64,000 nucleotides of DNA, taken from positions 2,247 to 66,246 of the forward strand of contig JAGWLB010000003.1 of the NCBI GenBank assembly GCA_028865035.1. Reading direction: 5' to 3'. The position numbers and the translations under genes are program-made. Below the pieces are notes generated by a model. It ran no database searches, was not told where the DNA came from, and saw only the letters and a list, made by a program, of their open reading frames with translations. Of the stretch, positions 1-9,594 are shown piece after piece. How positions within the stretch are numbered: position 1 is the stretch's first letter; every line of letters begins with the position of its first letter. This stretch comes from Patescibacteria group bacterium (GTDB lineage: Bacteria > Patescibacteriota > Minisyncoccia > Phycocordibacterales > UBA9973).

Positions 1-597
1 CCCAGTGACCAGAGTTAATTGTCCCATTTATTTGCTCAATATTACTAAACCCTGTAGTTGATAATAAATCTTTCTGCCAACCCTTGAAAGTAAATTTAAA
101 GTTACAAGATTTATCCTGTAAAGTATCGTCCACTCCACTAGGTAATGTTATGACAAAGCTCCACACTGGAGAACTAGAATAAGCTTGTGGCGTGGTTTCA
201 AAACTAGAAAGGGAACCATTGTATACTGATGTATTATCCATACTAGCATCTAGGCTTAGAGCATTACATAAGTCTGTGTCGCCAGTCATATCTGTGACTC
301 CTGATGTGTATTGGAAATCCAGACTTCCGTTATTTGTTATAGTTGTTGATATAGGTGAGGAAGAGTCACCTTTAGAAAGTGTAGACGTAAAATCTGTAGA
401 TGGGTTCAGATGAAAAATAAGAGTACCAGCTGTAAAAGTATTCCCACTCGCAGTAGCACTTGAACTAAAATATGCATAAGTATAATTTACAGTGAAGATA
501 CTTCCAAAGATTGACACGACCATAAAAATAACTAAAAACTTTTTGAATTGTTTTTTTAAATTAGGAAAATATTTATTTGGATTTTTATGTATTTTCA
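1..597 (-). CDS. TasA/camelysin-like exported protein with a SipW-cognate signal peptide. Partial: the C-terminus lies beyond the window edge
   Basis: Reverse-strand ORF from ATG at 597 runs off the window: MKIHKNPNKYFPNLKKQFKKFLVIFMVVSIFGSIFTVNYTYAYFSSSATASGNTFTAGTL. The 'AYFSS-x5-GN-F-AG' segment after a TM helix is the typical SipW-dependent signal-peptide pattern. The gene overlaps the sipW-like stop by 13 bp. It is missing from the ORF track because it has no stop within the window. Confidence 0.5.
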
Positions 598-1136
598 TCT
601 GATAATTTTTCTGTAGTAAATTTATTTTTTTCACTTTTTATCTTTTTAACTTCATTTCTTATCTTCCTCATTTCATCATAAATCACAACTGCAGCGGGTA
701 CGATGATGATAAGCATAAGACCAATAGGTTTCTTTATGAAATTTATAATGTAACCAAGATAGGGGATGGAGAATAAGACTCTGCCTGTGACTTCTTTTTG
801 TGGAGTTTCTGCACTATCTTCGGCATTATTTGCATCACCTTTAGTCCTATAAATCATATTACCTTCTACAGCTCTTTCTTCTGCTATACGGTGTGTGGTA
901 GGTATATCCGTCTTAGTGTTATCACCAAAAGTAATAATATCTCCTACTTTGTAACTTGATTCGGGCTTTACTATAACTACACTTCCAGTGTGTATCGTAG
1001 GTTCCATTGATCCTGAAAGAACAGCTAGTGTTTTTATATTCCCAGTCACTGGTATTAAAGATACGACCAAAATTATTCCAATAAATATTATGTAGGACAA
1101 TATAATATAATAAATTATTTTAAATAATTTCTTCAT
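585..1136 (-). CDS. sipW: Signal peptidase I, archaeal/SipW type (S26B)
   Basis: 183 aa with an N-terminal TM helix, the SGSMEPT catalytic-Ser motif, downstream His, and a C-terminal TM plus basic tail. It sits between two genes that carry TasA-type signal peptides. Confidence 0.7.
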   Translation of the reverse strand: MKKLFKIIYYIILSYIIFIGIILVVSLIPVTGNIKTLAVLSGSMEPTIHTGSVVIVKPESSYKVGDIITFGDNTKTDIPTTHRIAEERAVEGNMIYRTKGDANNAEDSAETPQKEVTGRVLFSIPYLGYIINFIKKPIGLMLIIIVPAAVVIYDEMRKIRNEVKKIKSEKNKFTTEKLSDENT

Positions 1137-1218
1137 ATTTTAATAACAAGCATTATAAATGCTTTATTCCCATGCCGACCCTAAGGTCAGCAGGGGTAAA
1201 AACATATAATCTAAATGA

Positions 1219-2859
1219 TTACTGAGCGATAGTGATAGTTAGATCTGTGTTTAGAGAAGCACCTTGGAATGTGTTGTCTGTAGATGGACCATCCACTTGA
1301 ACACCCATTATAAGCTGCTTTTGTTCATTTGAGTTTAGTCCGATAGGTGCATTAACAATTGGAGAAAGAGCTAGATCTTGAAGATCAGCATATCCGTTTC
1401 CATTTTGATCTGTACCGTTTATAAGACCAGTGACTGGACCACCTAGGAAGCCAAATGTGTTTACTGAGCCAGAAACTTGGTCAGAAGGATTTTGATCACC
1501 CCACCAGTTACTCTGACCATTAACTGCGGTTGCTGTGCCATTAGAAATACCAGGCATTACATTGTCTGCAAGATTATTATGATTGATGACAATATTAGAG
1601 AAAGTATTATCTTCTATTCTTACTCCAGCTGCATCTGTATTACCTTTATGATCTACAAGATTACTGATATCGTTATAAGTAATAGAAGCATCAGGAGTAT
1701 TACCCTCAAGTCCAACAGCATGAGACCACAAACCTTCTAGGTCAGAAATTGTATTATTTTTAAATACAAGATTGTCTAAATGACCTGTATGAGTTGAACC
1801 TTGTCCATAACCAACTAAGATACCATAAGCTCCGCGTCCTTCTGTCGCATTTGTATATGGTGATGTTGTATGCCATGGATTTGTGCTTGCTTTTATATTT
1901 GAAATAATATTATTTTCAATATCAACTCCTGTGATTATTCCAGTTCCTGTACTATCTCCTATATATATACCTTTTGCAGAAGAACCTGAATTTAAACCTT
2001 GAACTAGAGTTAAATTACCAACCTTAGTTATAGTATTTCCAATTATAGTATATCCGTTAAATGTACCTGTAGTGCCTGGTTGTATAGATATAGCTTGTGC
2101 AGATCCAGTAGGAAGTGTAGTACCTATATCATGTATTACATTATCTTTAATGGTTATATTATCTGCTCCACTATTGATATTTATACCATATCCAGCAGCC
2201 GGATCAGAAATGCTCAATCCTTCAATAGTTACATTACTTGCAGTAACATCAAATGGAATTGTACTTGTAGATGCTGTACCTTGTGTTGAAGCAATTGTCA
2301 TAGGATATGTTACAGGAATTGTAGACATACCTTCCCATGTAGAACTGTAGTTGCCAGGAGCAACACAGACCACTTTTCCACTATTTGCAGAGTTAGTTGT
2401 TGCATCACTAAGCTTTGTACCTGAAACTGTTACATCACAACTTGTAGGAGCCACATAAGCGCCGATAGTTGCGCCTGCACCACCTTGAAGAAGGTTTGAA
2501 CCACCTAATGTAAGTTTTGTAATACGAATTTGTTTACCAAATCCAGCAGTACCTGTATTCACACTACTAATTCCAATCTTTGTAGCATCTACAGAGCCAG
2601 TGTTCTTTAGCCACACACTTGAGACACTAGGTGTACCACCTGGAGCCATATTTGAAAAATTCCAAGATGCACTTTGTGAACCTAGCCATCCATTTACTGG
2701 AGTGCCATTACTGTCTTTTGCTATTGCAAGATTAAGAGATCCTGCTGTGAATACATTACCTGTTGCAGTAGCTGTACTACTAAAGAATGCACGTGTAGCA
2801 CCTATCGCACCAACTCCAACCAAACCAATAATACCTAAACTTAATAAAATCTTTTTCAT
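1219..2859 (-). CDS. Secreted parallel beta-helix (pectate-lyase-like fold) protein with a SipW-cognate (TasA-type) signal peptide
   Basis: N-terminus MKKILLSLGIIGLVGVGAIGATRAFFSSTATATGNVFTAGSLNL. The middle region has many N-x-I/V-x-x-N repeats (NITIKDNVIHD, IENNIISNI, NNTISD, YNDISN, NIVINHNNLADN), which are typical of right-handed beta-helix proteins. Confidence 0.6.
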   Translation of the reverse strand: MKKILLSLGIIGLVGVGAIGATRAFFSSTATATGNVFTAGSLNLAIAKDSNGTPVNGWLGSQSASWNFSNMAPGGTPSVSSVWLKNTGSVDATKIGISSVNTGTAGFGKQIRITKLTLGGSNLLQGGAGATIGAYVAPTSCDVTVSGTKLSDATTNSANSGKVVCVAPGNYSSTWEGMSTIPVTYPMTIASTQGTASTSTIPFDVTASNVTIEGLSISDPAAGYGININSGADNITIKDNVIHDIGTTLPTGSAQAISIQPGTTGTFNGYTIIGNTITKVGNLTLVQGLNSGSSAKGIYIGDSTGTGIITGVDIENNIISNIKASTNPWHTTSPYTNATEGRGAYGILVGYGQGSTHTGHLDNLVFKNNTISDLEGLWSHAVGLEGNTPDASITYNDISNLVDHKGNTDAAGVRIEDNTFSNIVINHNNLADNVMPGISNGTATAVNGQSNWWGDQNPSDQVSGSVNTFGFLGGPVTGLINGTDQNGNGYADLQDLALSPIVNAPIGLNSNEQKQLIMGVQVDGPSTDNTFQGASLNTDLTITIAQ

Positions 2860-3103
2860 AACATTTTTTATTAAATATTTTAAATTTATATTTAAAAAAT
2901 TTAATAACTTATTTTATATATTAACTAATAATAATTATTATTTTACTGCTAAAAATGAACAAAAAAATACCCAAAATAATAAAATAGGTAAAATCTTTAA
3001 CGACGAAGATATTCAATTTAAGTTTATACCTATCCACACATATGTCAAGAATTAGAAATATATTTCATATTATGTCAATAATAAAATTTGCTATACTAGA
3101 AGT

Positions 3104-4318
3104 ATGCAAAAAAGTGCTGAAAATTTATTCCTTCATGCAGATGGCGACTCATTCTTTGTGGCCTGCGAGGTGTCGCAGCATCCTGAGTATATTGGTAAGC
3201 CAGTAGTAGTAGGTGAGGATCGTGGCATAGCAGTAGCTATGAGCTATGAAGCGAAGAAGTTAGGTGTGACTCGTGGTATGCCAGTATTTAAAATTAAAAA
3301 ACAATTCCCTAGTGTAGTTATACTTCCACACCATTTCGACTTATATAGGAAAATCTCAAAAAATGTTCACGATATACTGCTATCATATCTAGAAGAAGTT
3401 GAGGTGTATAGTATCGATGAATGCTTTGCTACTGTGAAGCAGTCAGATATTCGTTTTGCTGGAAGTGCAGATGAATTAGTAAAATCTATAAAAGATGAGA
3501 TACAAAATACTTTAAATGTGACGTACTCTTTTGGCCTAGGTCGCACTAAAGCACTTGCCAAGACAGCTTCCAAATTAAATAAACCAAATGGAATGGTTAT
3601 ACTTACGAATATTAAAGATGAAGAACAAGCACTTAAGAAAACTTCTATCGATGATATCTGGGGTATAGGTAGACGTACCGTCCCACGCTTAAGGGATATG
3701 GGTATGAAGACAGCATATGACTTCGTACACTATAATAGTGACTATATAAAAAAGTATTTTTCTTCACCATTGTTCCATCTTCAGCAAGAATTATCTGGTT
3801 CGTCTATATATGAACTTGACCCCAATGCTGACCCCAGAGATCAGAAGTCTATACAATCTACAGCTACATTCAAGCCTTCAACGAATGATCTACAAATAAT
3901 TTTTACTGAACTTTCATCGAATGTCGAGAGAGCCTGTGAACATGCTAGAAGCCTAGGTCTTATGACTAACTTCATTTCGTTTTTTATTAAAAATACTGAT
4001 TTTATCCATCATGTAGGTAGTAGCCACTTAACTCTTTATACGACTGATCCAGGAATTATATTGAATAAATTAGAGCCACTATTATATGAATTGGTAAGTA
4101 AATTAAAAGATAATGAAAAAATACGTTCGACAGGGATTACCTTACATAATTTACGTAAATATGAAAATGTCCCTAGAGATCTATTTGGTGTACAAGATGG
4201 ATATGAAGCTAAAAATATTATAGAAGAAGTAAGCGATAGAATAAGAGAGAAATTCGGTCACGATGCTCTAAAGAGGGCATCGTCACTGAAAGTGGCAAAG
4301 AAAGAAAATAGGAGCTAA
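3104..4318 (+). CDS. dinB: DNA polymerase IV, Y-family translesion polymerase
   Basis: LFLHADGDSFFVACE..KPVVVG..GIAVAMSYEAKKLGV..GMP and a DECF motif. Length of 404 aa is typical for the family. Confidence 0.85.
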   Translation: MQKSAENLFLHADGDSFFVACEVSQHPEYIGKPVVVGEDRGIAVAMSYEAKKLGVTRGMPVFKIKKQFPSVVILPHHFDLYRKISKNVHDILLSYLEEVEVYSIDECFATVKQSDIRFAGSADELVKSIKDEIQNTLNVTYSFGLGRTKALAKTASKLNKPNGMVILTNIKDEEQALKKTSIDDIWGIGRRTVPRLRDMGMKTAYDFVHYNSDYIKKYFSSPLFHLQQELSGSSIYELDPNADPRDQKSIQSTATFKPSTNDLQIIFTELSSNVERACEHARSLGLMTNFISFFIKNTDFIHHVGSSHLTLYTTDPGIILNKLEPLLYELVSKLKDNEKIRSTGITLHNLRKYENVPRDLFGVQDGYEAKNIIEEVSDRIREKFGHDALKRASSLKVAKKENRS

Positions 4319-4377
4319 ATAATAGCTCCTATAGTGTAATTTATAAAAAATAATCCATAATAATATTGTGATATTTT

Positions 4378-4917
4378 TTACGCCGCCATTTTTTCGACTG
4401 CAAATTCAATTTTTGATGGAAATGATTTTTTCCATGTATGTTTATGGTTGAACTTCCAGGCAAGCATTCTGCATAATATATCACAGGCTTGGTTCAAGTT
4501 ATTCTCTTTAAATAGTATTTTCCATGCTTTTGACCCAACCTTTTTTGTGATAAAAGGATGTTTGATAATCATTAGAGTTATGATTTCATCAATTGTAAGC
4601 TCAGAATTTTTCTTTATACCGTTTTCAAGGTAGCAAAATTGAAATAAAATATTCCACCCCTGAAAATGTTTATATTCCCATAATCTTAATAAGAATTTCT
4701 CCTTATTTATTTCAGGAATATCTTCACATTTCTTAGGGTATAAGTGATGTCTATTTGCTTTGACACGATCTAAGCCAATAACCGGCATGTGTTTAATGTT
4801 ATAAGTATCCTTACCATTAGTATATAAAAATGGATGAAAAATAACTTTTGTTGGACCCTTGGTTTTTTTGTGCTTGGTTCTTTGCATAATTAAATTTTTT
4901 AGATTAAAAATATACAA
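4378..4917 (-). CDS. Hypothetical protein, possibly an HNH-like nuclease
   Basis: 179-aa basic protein. It has an RHHLYPKK segment followed by Asn and His at spacings loosely compatible with an H-N-H motif. No strong match recognised. Flanked by AT-rich spacers. Confidence 0.3.
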   Translation of the reverse strand: MYIFNLKNLIMQRTKHKKTKGPTKVIFHPFLYTNGKDTYNIKHMPVIGLDRVKANRHHLYPKKCEDIPEINKEKFLLRLWEYKHFQGWNILFQFCYLENGIKKNSELTIDEIITLMIIKHPFITKKVGSKAWKILFKENNLNQACDILCRMLAWKFNHKHTWKKSFPSKIEFAVEKMAA

Positions 4918-5101
4918 TTTATGGCACTAAGACTTGATTTTTAGTCAAAGAGCTGGGTTAAGAAATATTTTCTTGATTATATAATAATTAAATATTTTTG
5001 TTAAATTTGTTTAATTTAATTACATTTTGGTAAGATTGACACTTATTTTAAATAAATAGTAGAATAATGAAAAATCATTCATAACGCTAAAATATAAAAC
5101 T

Positions 5102-5620
5102 ATGCCAATTATAGGGAGAATTAGATCTATTCCATATGAATACATCTTAGAGAATATGTATGTAGGAACTAAAGGTTACATATATCTTGAAAAAATAATA
5201 TTAACGCGTTTTGCAGTCTTTATACATTTGGATACACATGTCGTATCCAAATTTAACAAAAATATCGATAAACGCTATTTTTTACCCATCAAAAGAATTT
5301 CAAATGGCCTTACTGAATTAGATTTCGATTTAATCTGGTCAGATACAGATAAGATTGGTTTAATGCTTTATCCAGAGTATGTGTATTTTGATTTAATTGA
5401 AGAAAATCAAGATTATCTTATTTTCTTCATATATGAACATAATGTTTTAGATAAAGAAAAAAAACTTTTAATTTATAATGATAAATTAAAAGTTTTAAAT
5501 ACACAGCTACAAATTTTAAAAGCTGAAGAGAATTTTTTAATCGCTGCGAAAGTTAGAGACGAAATTGAAACATTAAAAAACAAAGGTTTAAATAGTTTAT
5601 TTTCACCTAAAAAATTATAA
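5102..5620 (+). CDS. Hypothetical protein with a C-terminal UVR (UvrB/UvrC-type) motif
   Basis: The C-terminus EENFLIAAKVRDEIETLKNKG matches the UVR consensus (AA-x2-L-x-FE-x-AA-x2-RD-x-I). A TTGACA -35-like hexamer lies at 5035-5040 upstream. Confidence 0.35.
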   Translation: MPIIGRIRSIPYEYILENMYVGTKGYIYLEKIILTRFAVFIHLDTHVVSKFNKNIDKRYFLPIKRISNGLTELDFDLIWSDTDKIGLMLYPEYVYFDLIEENQDYLIFFIYEHNVLDKEKKLLIYNDKLKVLNTQLQILKAEENFLIAAKVRDEIETLKNKGLNSLFSPKKL

Positions 5621-5651
5621 TTTACAAAAGCTTGGTTACTGCGACCAAGCT

Positions 5652-6086
5652 TTATTTTATATACCCATTAGCACCTACTAAGATCGCAGTATCATCTCTA
5701 AGGAATCTTTCTTGGTTATTACTGTCATCACCATAGGACTTCTCTATGAAATATAATTTTTCTCCTTCTTTTACTACATAGGTTTGAGAATGATATTCTG
5801 CATTTTGTGAATTAAGTGTAATTTGAGTTGAACCATCCGCTAAAGTATTTTTTGTAACAGTAAATCCGGTCAAAGCTTTTTGAGTATCTGTATCAAATGT
5901 TGGTGTAGATATAAGATGTGCGTAAGGGAATAGAGGAGAATTAGAAAATAATTCTGGGGTTGTGGTATTTTGACTTGCTGGAGTCTTAACATTATCTTCG
6001 TCATTCTTACTATGCTCGTTAATGTAAACTAAAAACCCTATAACCAAAATTGCAATTACTAATATAATTAATTGTTTTTTCTTCAT
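5652..6086 (-). CDS. Membrane-anchored exported hypothetical protein
   Basis: N-terminal signal-anchor (KKKQLIILVIAILVIGFLVY) followed by a soluble domain. No recognisable family. Confidence 0.4.
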   Translation of the reverse strand: MKKKQLIILVIAILVIGFLVYINEHSKNDEDNVKTPASQNTTTPELFSNSPLFPYAHLISTPTFDTDTQKALTGFTVTKNTLADGSTQITLNSQNAEYHSQTYVVKEGEKLYFIEKSYGDDSNNQERFLRDDTAILVGANGYIK

Positions 6087-6161
6087 ATAAATACGATTGT
6101 TTTAAATTTCTAATTTGAGTATTATACCATATATTATATTTGATAATGATATACTGATAAA

Positions 6162-6959
6162 ATGGAAGAGAATATAAAGAAAATAACTATCGTTGAAGGA
6201 AACCAAGCTTCTTTTTGTCCTATGCGTGGGGGTATTATTACTTCTATTAAATTAAAAGGTAAAGAGATATTATACTTAGACGAAGATACTTTCAAGAACA
6301 GTGAAGTAAATGTCAGAGGAGGCATACCTATTCTTTTCCCCAATGCTGGTCCTTTAGAAAATAGTACAGAATTCCCGAATCTTAAACAACATGGCTTTGC
6401 GAGAAATTCTGATAAATGGCAATCTGAATTAAATAATAATTATTTTAAAGAAGTACTAATATCGGACGATGATACTTTAAAGTTATATCCATACAATTTT
6501 CAATTATCGATTGAAGGTATTTTAGAAAAAAATGGTTCTTTTACTTTAATACAAAAAGTATTAAACAAAGAAATCAATAAAGATATACCAGTTTCTATGG
6601 GTCTACATCCATACTTCAAAGTATCAAATGATCATAAAAAGAATATTAAATTCAATTTTGAAGGAGGAGAATATATAGAAGATAATATTGATATGTGGTC
6701 AAATGGAAAATTCATCTCTATCGATAATCCTAGTGTTCTTAACTCAACTTCAATTATGGAAATTAGTATTCCTAGCTTAGGTATGCTAGAAATTAAAGCA
6801 TCGCCAGAATATAAAAAGATATGGATATGGTCATTACCAGATAAAGATTTTATTTGTATTGAACCAGTTATGAGAGATAATGGTGGTCTTGTCGATAATC
6901 CAGAAATGATAAAGCCAAACGAAATCTTATCAGCACAAATAAATATCAATTTAAAATAA
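6162..6959 (+). CDS. Aldose 1-epimerase family protein (hexose / hexose-6-phosphate mutarotase-like)
   Basis: GGIPILFPNAGPL and HGFAR motifs, as in the galactose mutarotase / YeaD family. Confidence 0.6.
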   Translation: MEENIKKITIVEGNQASFCPMRGGIITSIKLKGKEILYLDEDTFKNSEVNVRGGIPILFPNAGPLENSTEFPNLKQHGFARNSDKWQSELNNNYFKEVLISDDDTLKLYPYNFQLSIEGILEKNGSFTLIQKVLNKEINKDIPVSMGLHPYFKVSNDHKKNIKFNFEGGEYIEDNIDMWSNGKFISIDNPSVLNSTSIMEISIPSLGMLEIKASPEYKKIWIWSLPDKDFICIEPVMRDNGGLVDNPEMIKPNEILSAQININLK

Positions 6960-8210
6960 ATGAAACAACCAGAGATGTATGATGTAATAGTTATAGGTGG
7001 GGGAGCAGCAGGCCTGATGGCGGCTGGTACTTCTGCTGGTTTAGGTAAAAAGGTTCTTTTACTTGAGAAGAATAAATCACTTGGCAAGAAACTTAAAATT
7101 ACTGGTGGAGGCCGTTGTAATATTACTAACGGAGAAGAAGATATACATAAATTCTTAAAAGCATACGAAGAAGGCGGAGATCATCTATACTCTCCATTTT
7201 CAAAGTTTAATAATAAAGATACTTTTAAATTTTTTGAAAATAAAAATTTACCTCTAGTTACTCAAGCACGCAAACGTGTATTTCCTCATACAGAACGTGC
7301 TATTGATGTATATAATGTTTTGGAGCAATACATAAAAGAGGGGAAAGTGACGGTAAAATTATCAAATCCAGTATTAAAAATATCAAGTGATAAGGAGAAT
7401 AGAAAAATAGTAAGCGTAAAGACTAAGGATGGTATTTGGAAAGCAAATTCTTACATATTTGCCACCGGGGGCGTGTCCCACAGAGAGACAGGTTCGACTG
7501 GGGATGGTTTCAAATGGTTAAAAGATTTGGGGCATACAGTCAAAGATCCGACGCCTACTATAGTGCCTCTACAAGCTAAAGACAAATGGATACACACTCT
7601 TGCTGGAGTATCGTTGTCATTTATGAAAATCACTTTTTATTTAGATAATAAAAAGCAATTTAGTAAAACTGGGAAAATACTTTTTACACATTTTGGACTC
7701 TCTGGTCCATTGATATTAAATTGTTCTAAAAAAGTATCGGACCTTTTACAATCGGGTGAAGTCACAGCCAAGATTGATGCCTATCCAGATACAGATCTCG
7801 GTTCTCTTGAGAAGAAAGTAATTAAAATATTTGATTTAAACAAGAATAAAATATTAAAAAATATCCTGAAAGATATAACTCCACCTGGGACAGCTAAAGG
7901 TATTGAAATGATTTTCAATGATATTGATCTTACAAAAAAAGTTCACAGTGTCACCAAAGAAGAAAGAAAGCAAATTGTTCAAAATCTCAAATCATTACCA
8001 GTGAGCATTATTGGTCTGATGGGTTACGATAGAGCAGTGGTAGCAGATGGTGGGGTTGTAATGAAAGAAATAGATACAAAAACAATGCGTTCTATGCTAT
8101 ATGACAACCTTTATATTATTGGAGATTTGCTTCACATTACTCGTCCTTCAGGTGGGTATTCCTTACAGCTATGTTGGACTACTGGATATGTAGCTGGTAT
8201 GAATGCATAA
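6960..8210 (+). CDS. HI0933-like (BaiN-type) NAD(P)/FAD-dependent flavoprotein
   Basis: N-terminal dinucleotide fold YDVIVIGGGAAGLMAAG followed by LGKKLKITGGGRCNITN, the family signature. 416 aa. Confidence 0.75.
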   Translation: MKQPEMYDVIVIGGGAAGLMAAGTSAGLGKKVLLLEKNKSLGKKLKITGGGRCNITNGEEDIHKFLKAYEEGGDHLYSPFSKFNNKDTFKFFENKNLPLVTQARKRVFPHTERAIDVYNVLEQYIKEGKVTVKLSNPVLKISSDKENRKIVSVKTKDGIWKANSYIFATGGVSHRETGSTGDGFKWLKDLGHTVKDPTPTIVPLQAKDKWIHTLAGVSLSFMKITFYLDNKKQFSKTGKILFTHFGLSGPLILNCSKKVSDLLQSGEVTAKIDAYPDTDLGSLEKKVIKIFDLNKNKILKNILKDITPPGTAKGIEMIFNDIDLTKKVHSVTKEERKQIVQNLKSLPVSIIGLMGYDRAVVADGGVVMKEIDTKTMRSMLYDNLYIIGDLLHITRPSGGYSLQLCWTTGYVAGMNA

Positions 8211-8253
8211 AAAAGATCTCATTGCTTTTACACAACAAGATCTAACTTTTTTA

Positions 8254-9102
8254 TTAATCTACATATTCTTCATATTCGTACATTATTCCAGGTAAAGTTT
8301 TTTTCGCCTCTTTGTCAATAATGTCTTTTTCCTCATTAGTTATTTTAGATAATTTATAAAGGGCAAATACAACCAAGGATAATACAGAACATATTAGTGC
8401 TAATTCTCCTAATTTGACAGTATTCATTATCATTACTGATTTGAATTGTAGTATTGCGCTTAATAAGCCTACAGTAAAAATATACGGTATTGTTCTGTAC
8501 AAATTGTTGCCATAACAATTCTCGCTGGAAGTAATCCCTTTTTTATTTATTGTCGCTAACATTACAGAGCCTGTTACAATTGGGGCCCAAATATACCAGC
8601 TTTTCCACAATACATATATTTGGTAAAAGAAAGAAACTATAAAAATAGTAATTGCAATTACTATCAATGTCTCATATAACTTTTCTCCTACAACAGCTTT
8701 TTTAAGGGTGTATTCTTTTGCTTGTTCTTTAACAAGTAAAAAGTTGGTTATTATACTCAATACTAAAACAATACCTACTCCTAACCATCCAAATTTATTT
8801 GGATTTGCATGCATTAACATGGTTGCAAAGATTGTTATCTCGAAAGCTAAATTTGCAAGTATTAGTTGCAAAATCAATTTTTTGAAGTAATGATGTTCTA
8901 ATAGTAGCTGAAAGATATTCGCATACAATATAAGATATCCTATAAATGTAAACGAAATTGTAATCAAAAATATAGCAGTGTTGGCTTTTGCTAAAAATAA
9001 TGCTAAAAATATTCCTAATATGTTTAGCATTCCAAATGTCGTAAAAAAGAAATTTATTAATTTTTCTTTAATAGATGGAGTGGGGTTACTAATCTTTTTC
9101 AT
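8254..9102 (-). CDS. Polytopic integral membrane protein, hypothetical
   Basis: 282 aa with about 7-8 hydrophobic helices. No family recognised. Confidence 0.4.
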   Translation of the reverse strand: MKKISNPTPSIKEKLINFFFTTFGMLNILGIFLALFLAKANTAIFLITISFTFIGYLILYANIFQLLLEHHYFKKLILQLILANLAFEITIFATMLMHANPNKFGWLGVGIVLVLSIITNFLLVKEQAKEYTLKKAVVGEKLYETLIVIAITIFIVSFFYQIYVLWKSWYIWAPIVTGSVMLATINKKGITSSENCYGNNLYRTIPYIFTVGLLSAILQFKSVMIMNTVKLGELALICSVLSLVVFALYKLSKITNEEKDIIDKEAKKTLPGIMYEYEEYVD

Positions 9103-9237
9103 AACTGTAAGTTTTAAATTTTTAAATAATTTTTTCTTATTCTAGCATATCTGAGCATATATGTCAATTAAATAATTTATCTGAAAATTAAATATATTAT
9201 GCTATAATATGATTATTATAATAATTTAAAAAATACG

Positions 9238-9588
9238 ATGGCAATACACACATTAGGTTACATTATTTTTGGGGCTTATTTCGTTTACTCTGGTTTAAAT
9301 CATTTTATGAATGAAAAAATGCTAACTGGTTATGCTAAAAGCAAAGGCATTCCATCTCCACGATTAGCAGTTCTACTGACAGGGGCAATGATGATATTCG
9401 GTGGTCTTGGATTTTTATTTCAAATGTATACACAGCAAGCAGCTATGTTACTAGTAATATTTTTAGTGCCTACAACGTTTGCAATGCACTCTTTTTGGAA
9501 AATTACAGATCCAACTCACAAAATGGGTGAAATGGTTAACTTTATGAAGAATCTTGCGTTAATAGGTGCTTTGTTAATGTTTTTGTAA
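9238..9588 (+). CDS. DoxX-family small membrane protein
   Basis: 116 aa with 4 TM helices, including AMMIFGGLGFLFQ and FAMHSFWK, which resemble DoxX. Confidence 0.5.
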   Translation: MAIHTLGYIIFGAYFVYSGLNHFMNEKMLTGYAKSKGIPSPRLAVLLTGAMMIFGGLGFLFQMYTQQAAMLLVIFLVPTTFAMHSFWKITDPTHKMGEMVNFMKNLALIGALLMFL

Positions 9589-9594
9589 TTCATA

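Noticed and set aside
192-413. 73-aa plus-strand ORF, and similar antisense ORFs at 1477-1740, 2072-2350 and 2600-3055
   Set aside because: They lie antisense inside the TasA-like and beta-helix genes, have no motifs, and are typical shadow ORFs.
8211-8253. Possible bidirectional terminator (aaaagatct...agatctaactttttt) between the flavoprotein gene and the membrane-protein gene
   Set aside because: The stem is only ~6 bp and AT-rich (a BglII-site palindrome). Too weak to call.
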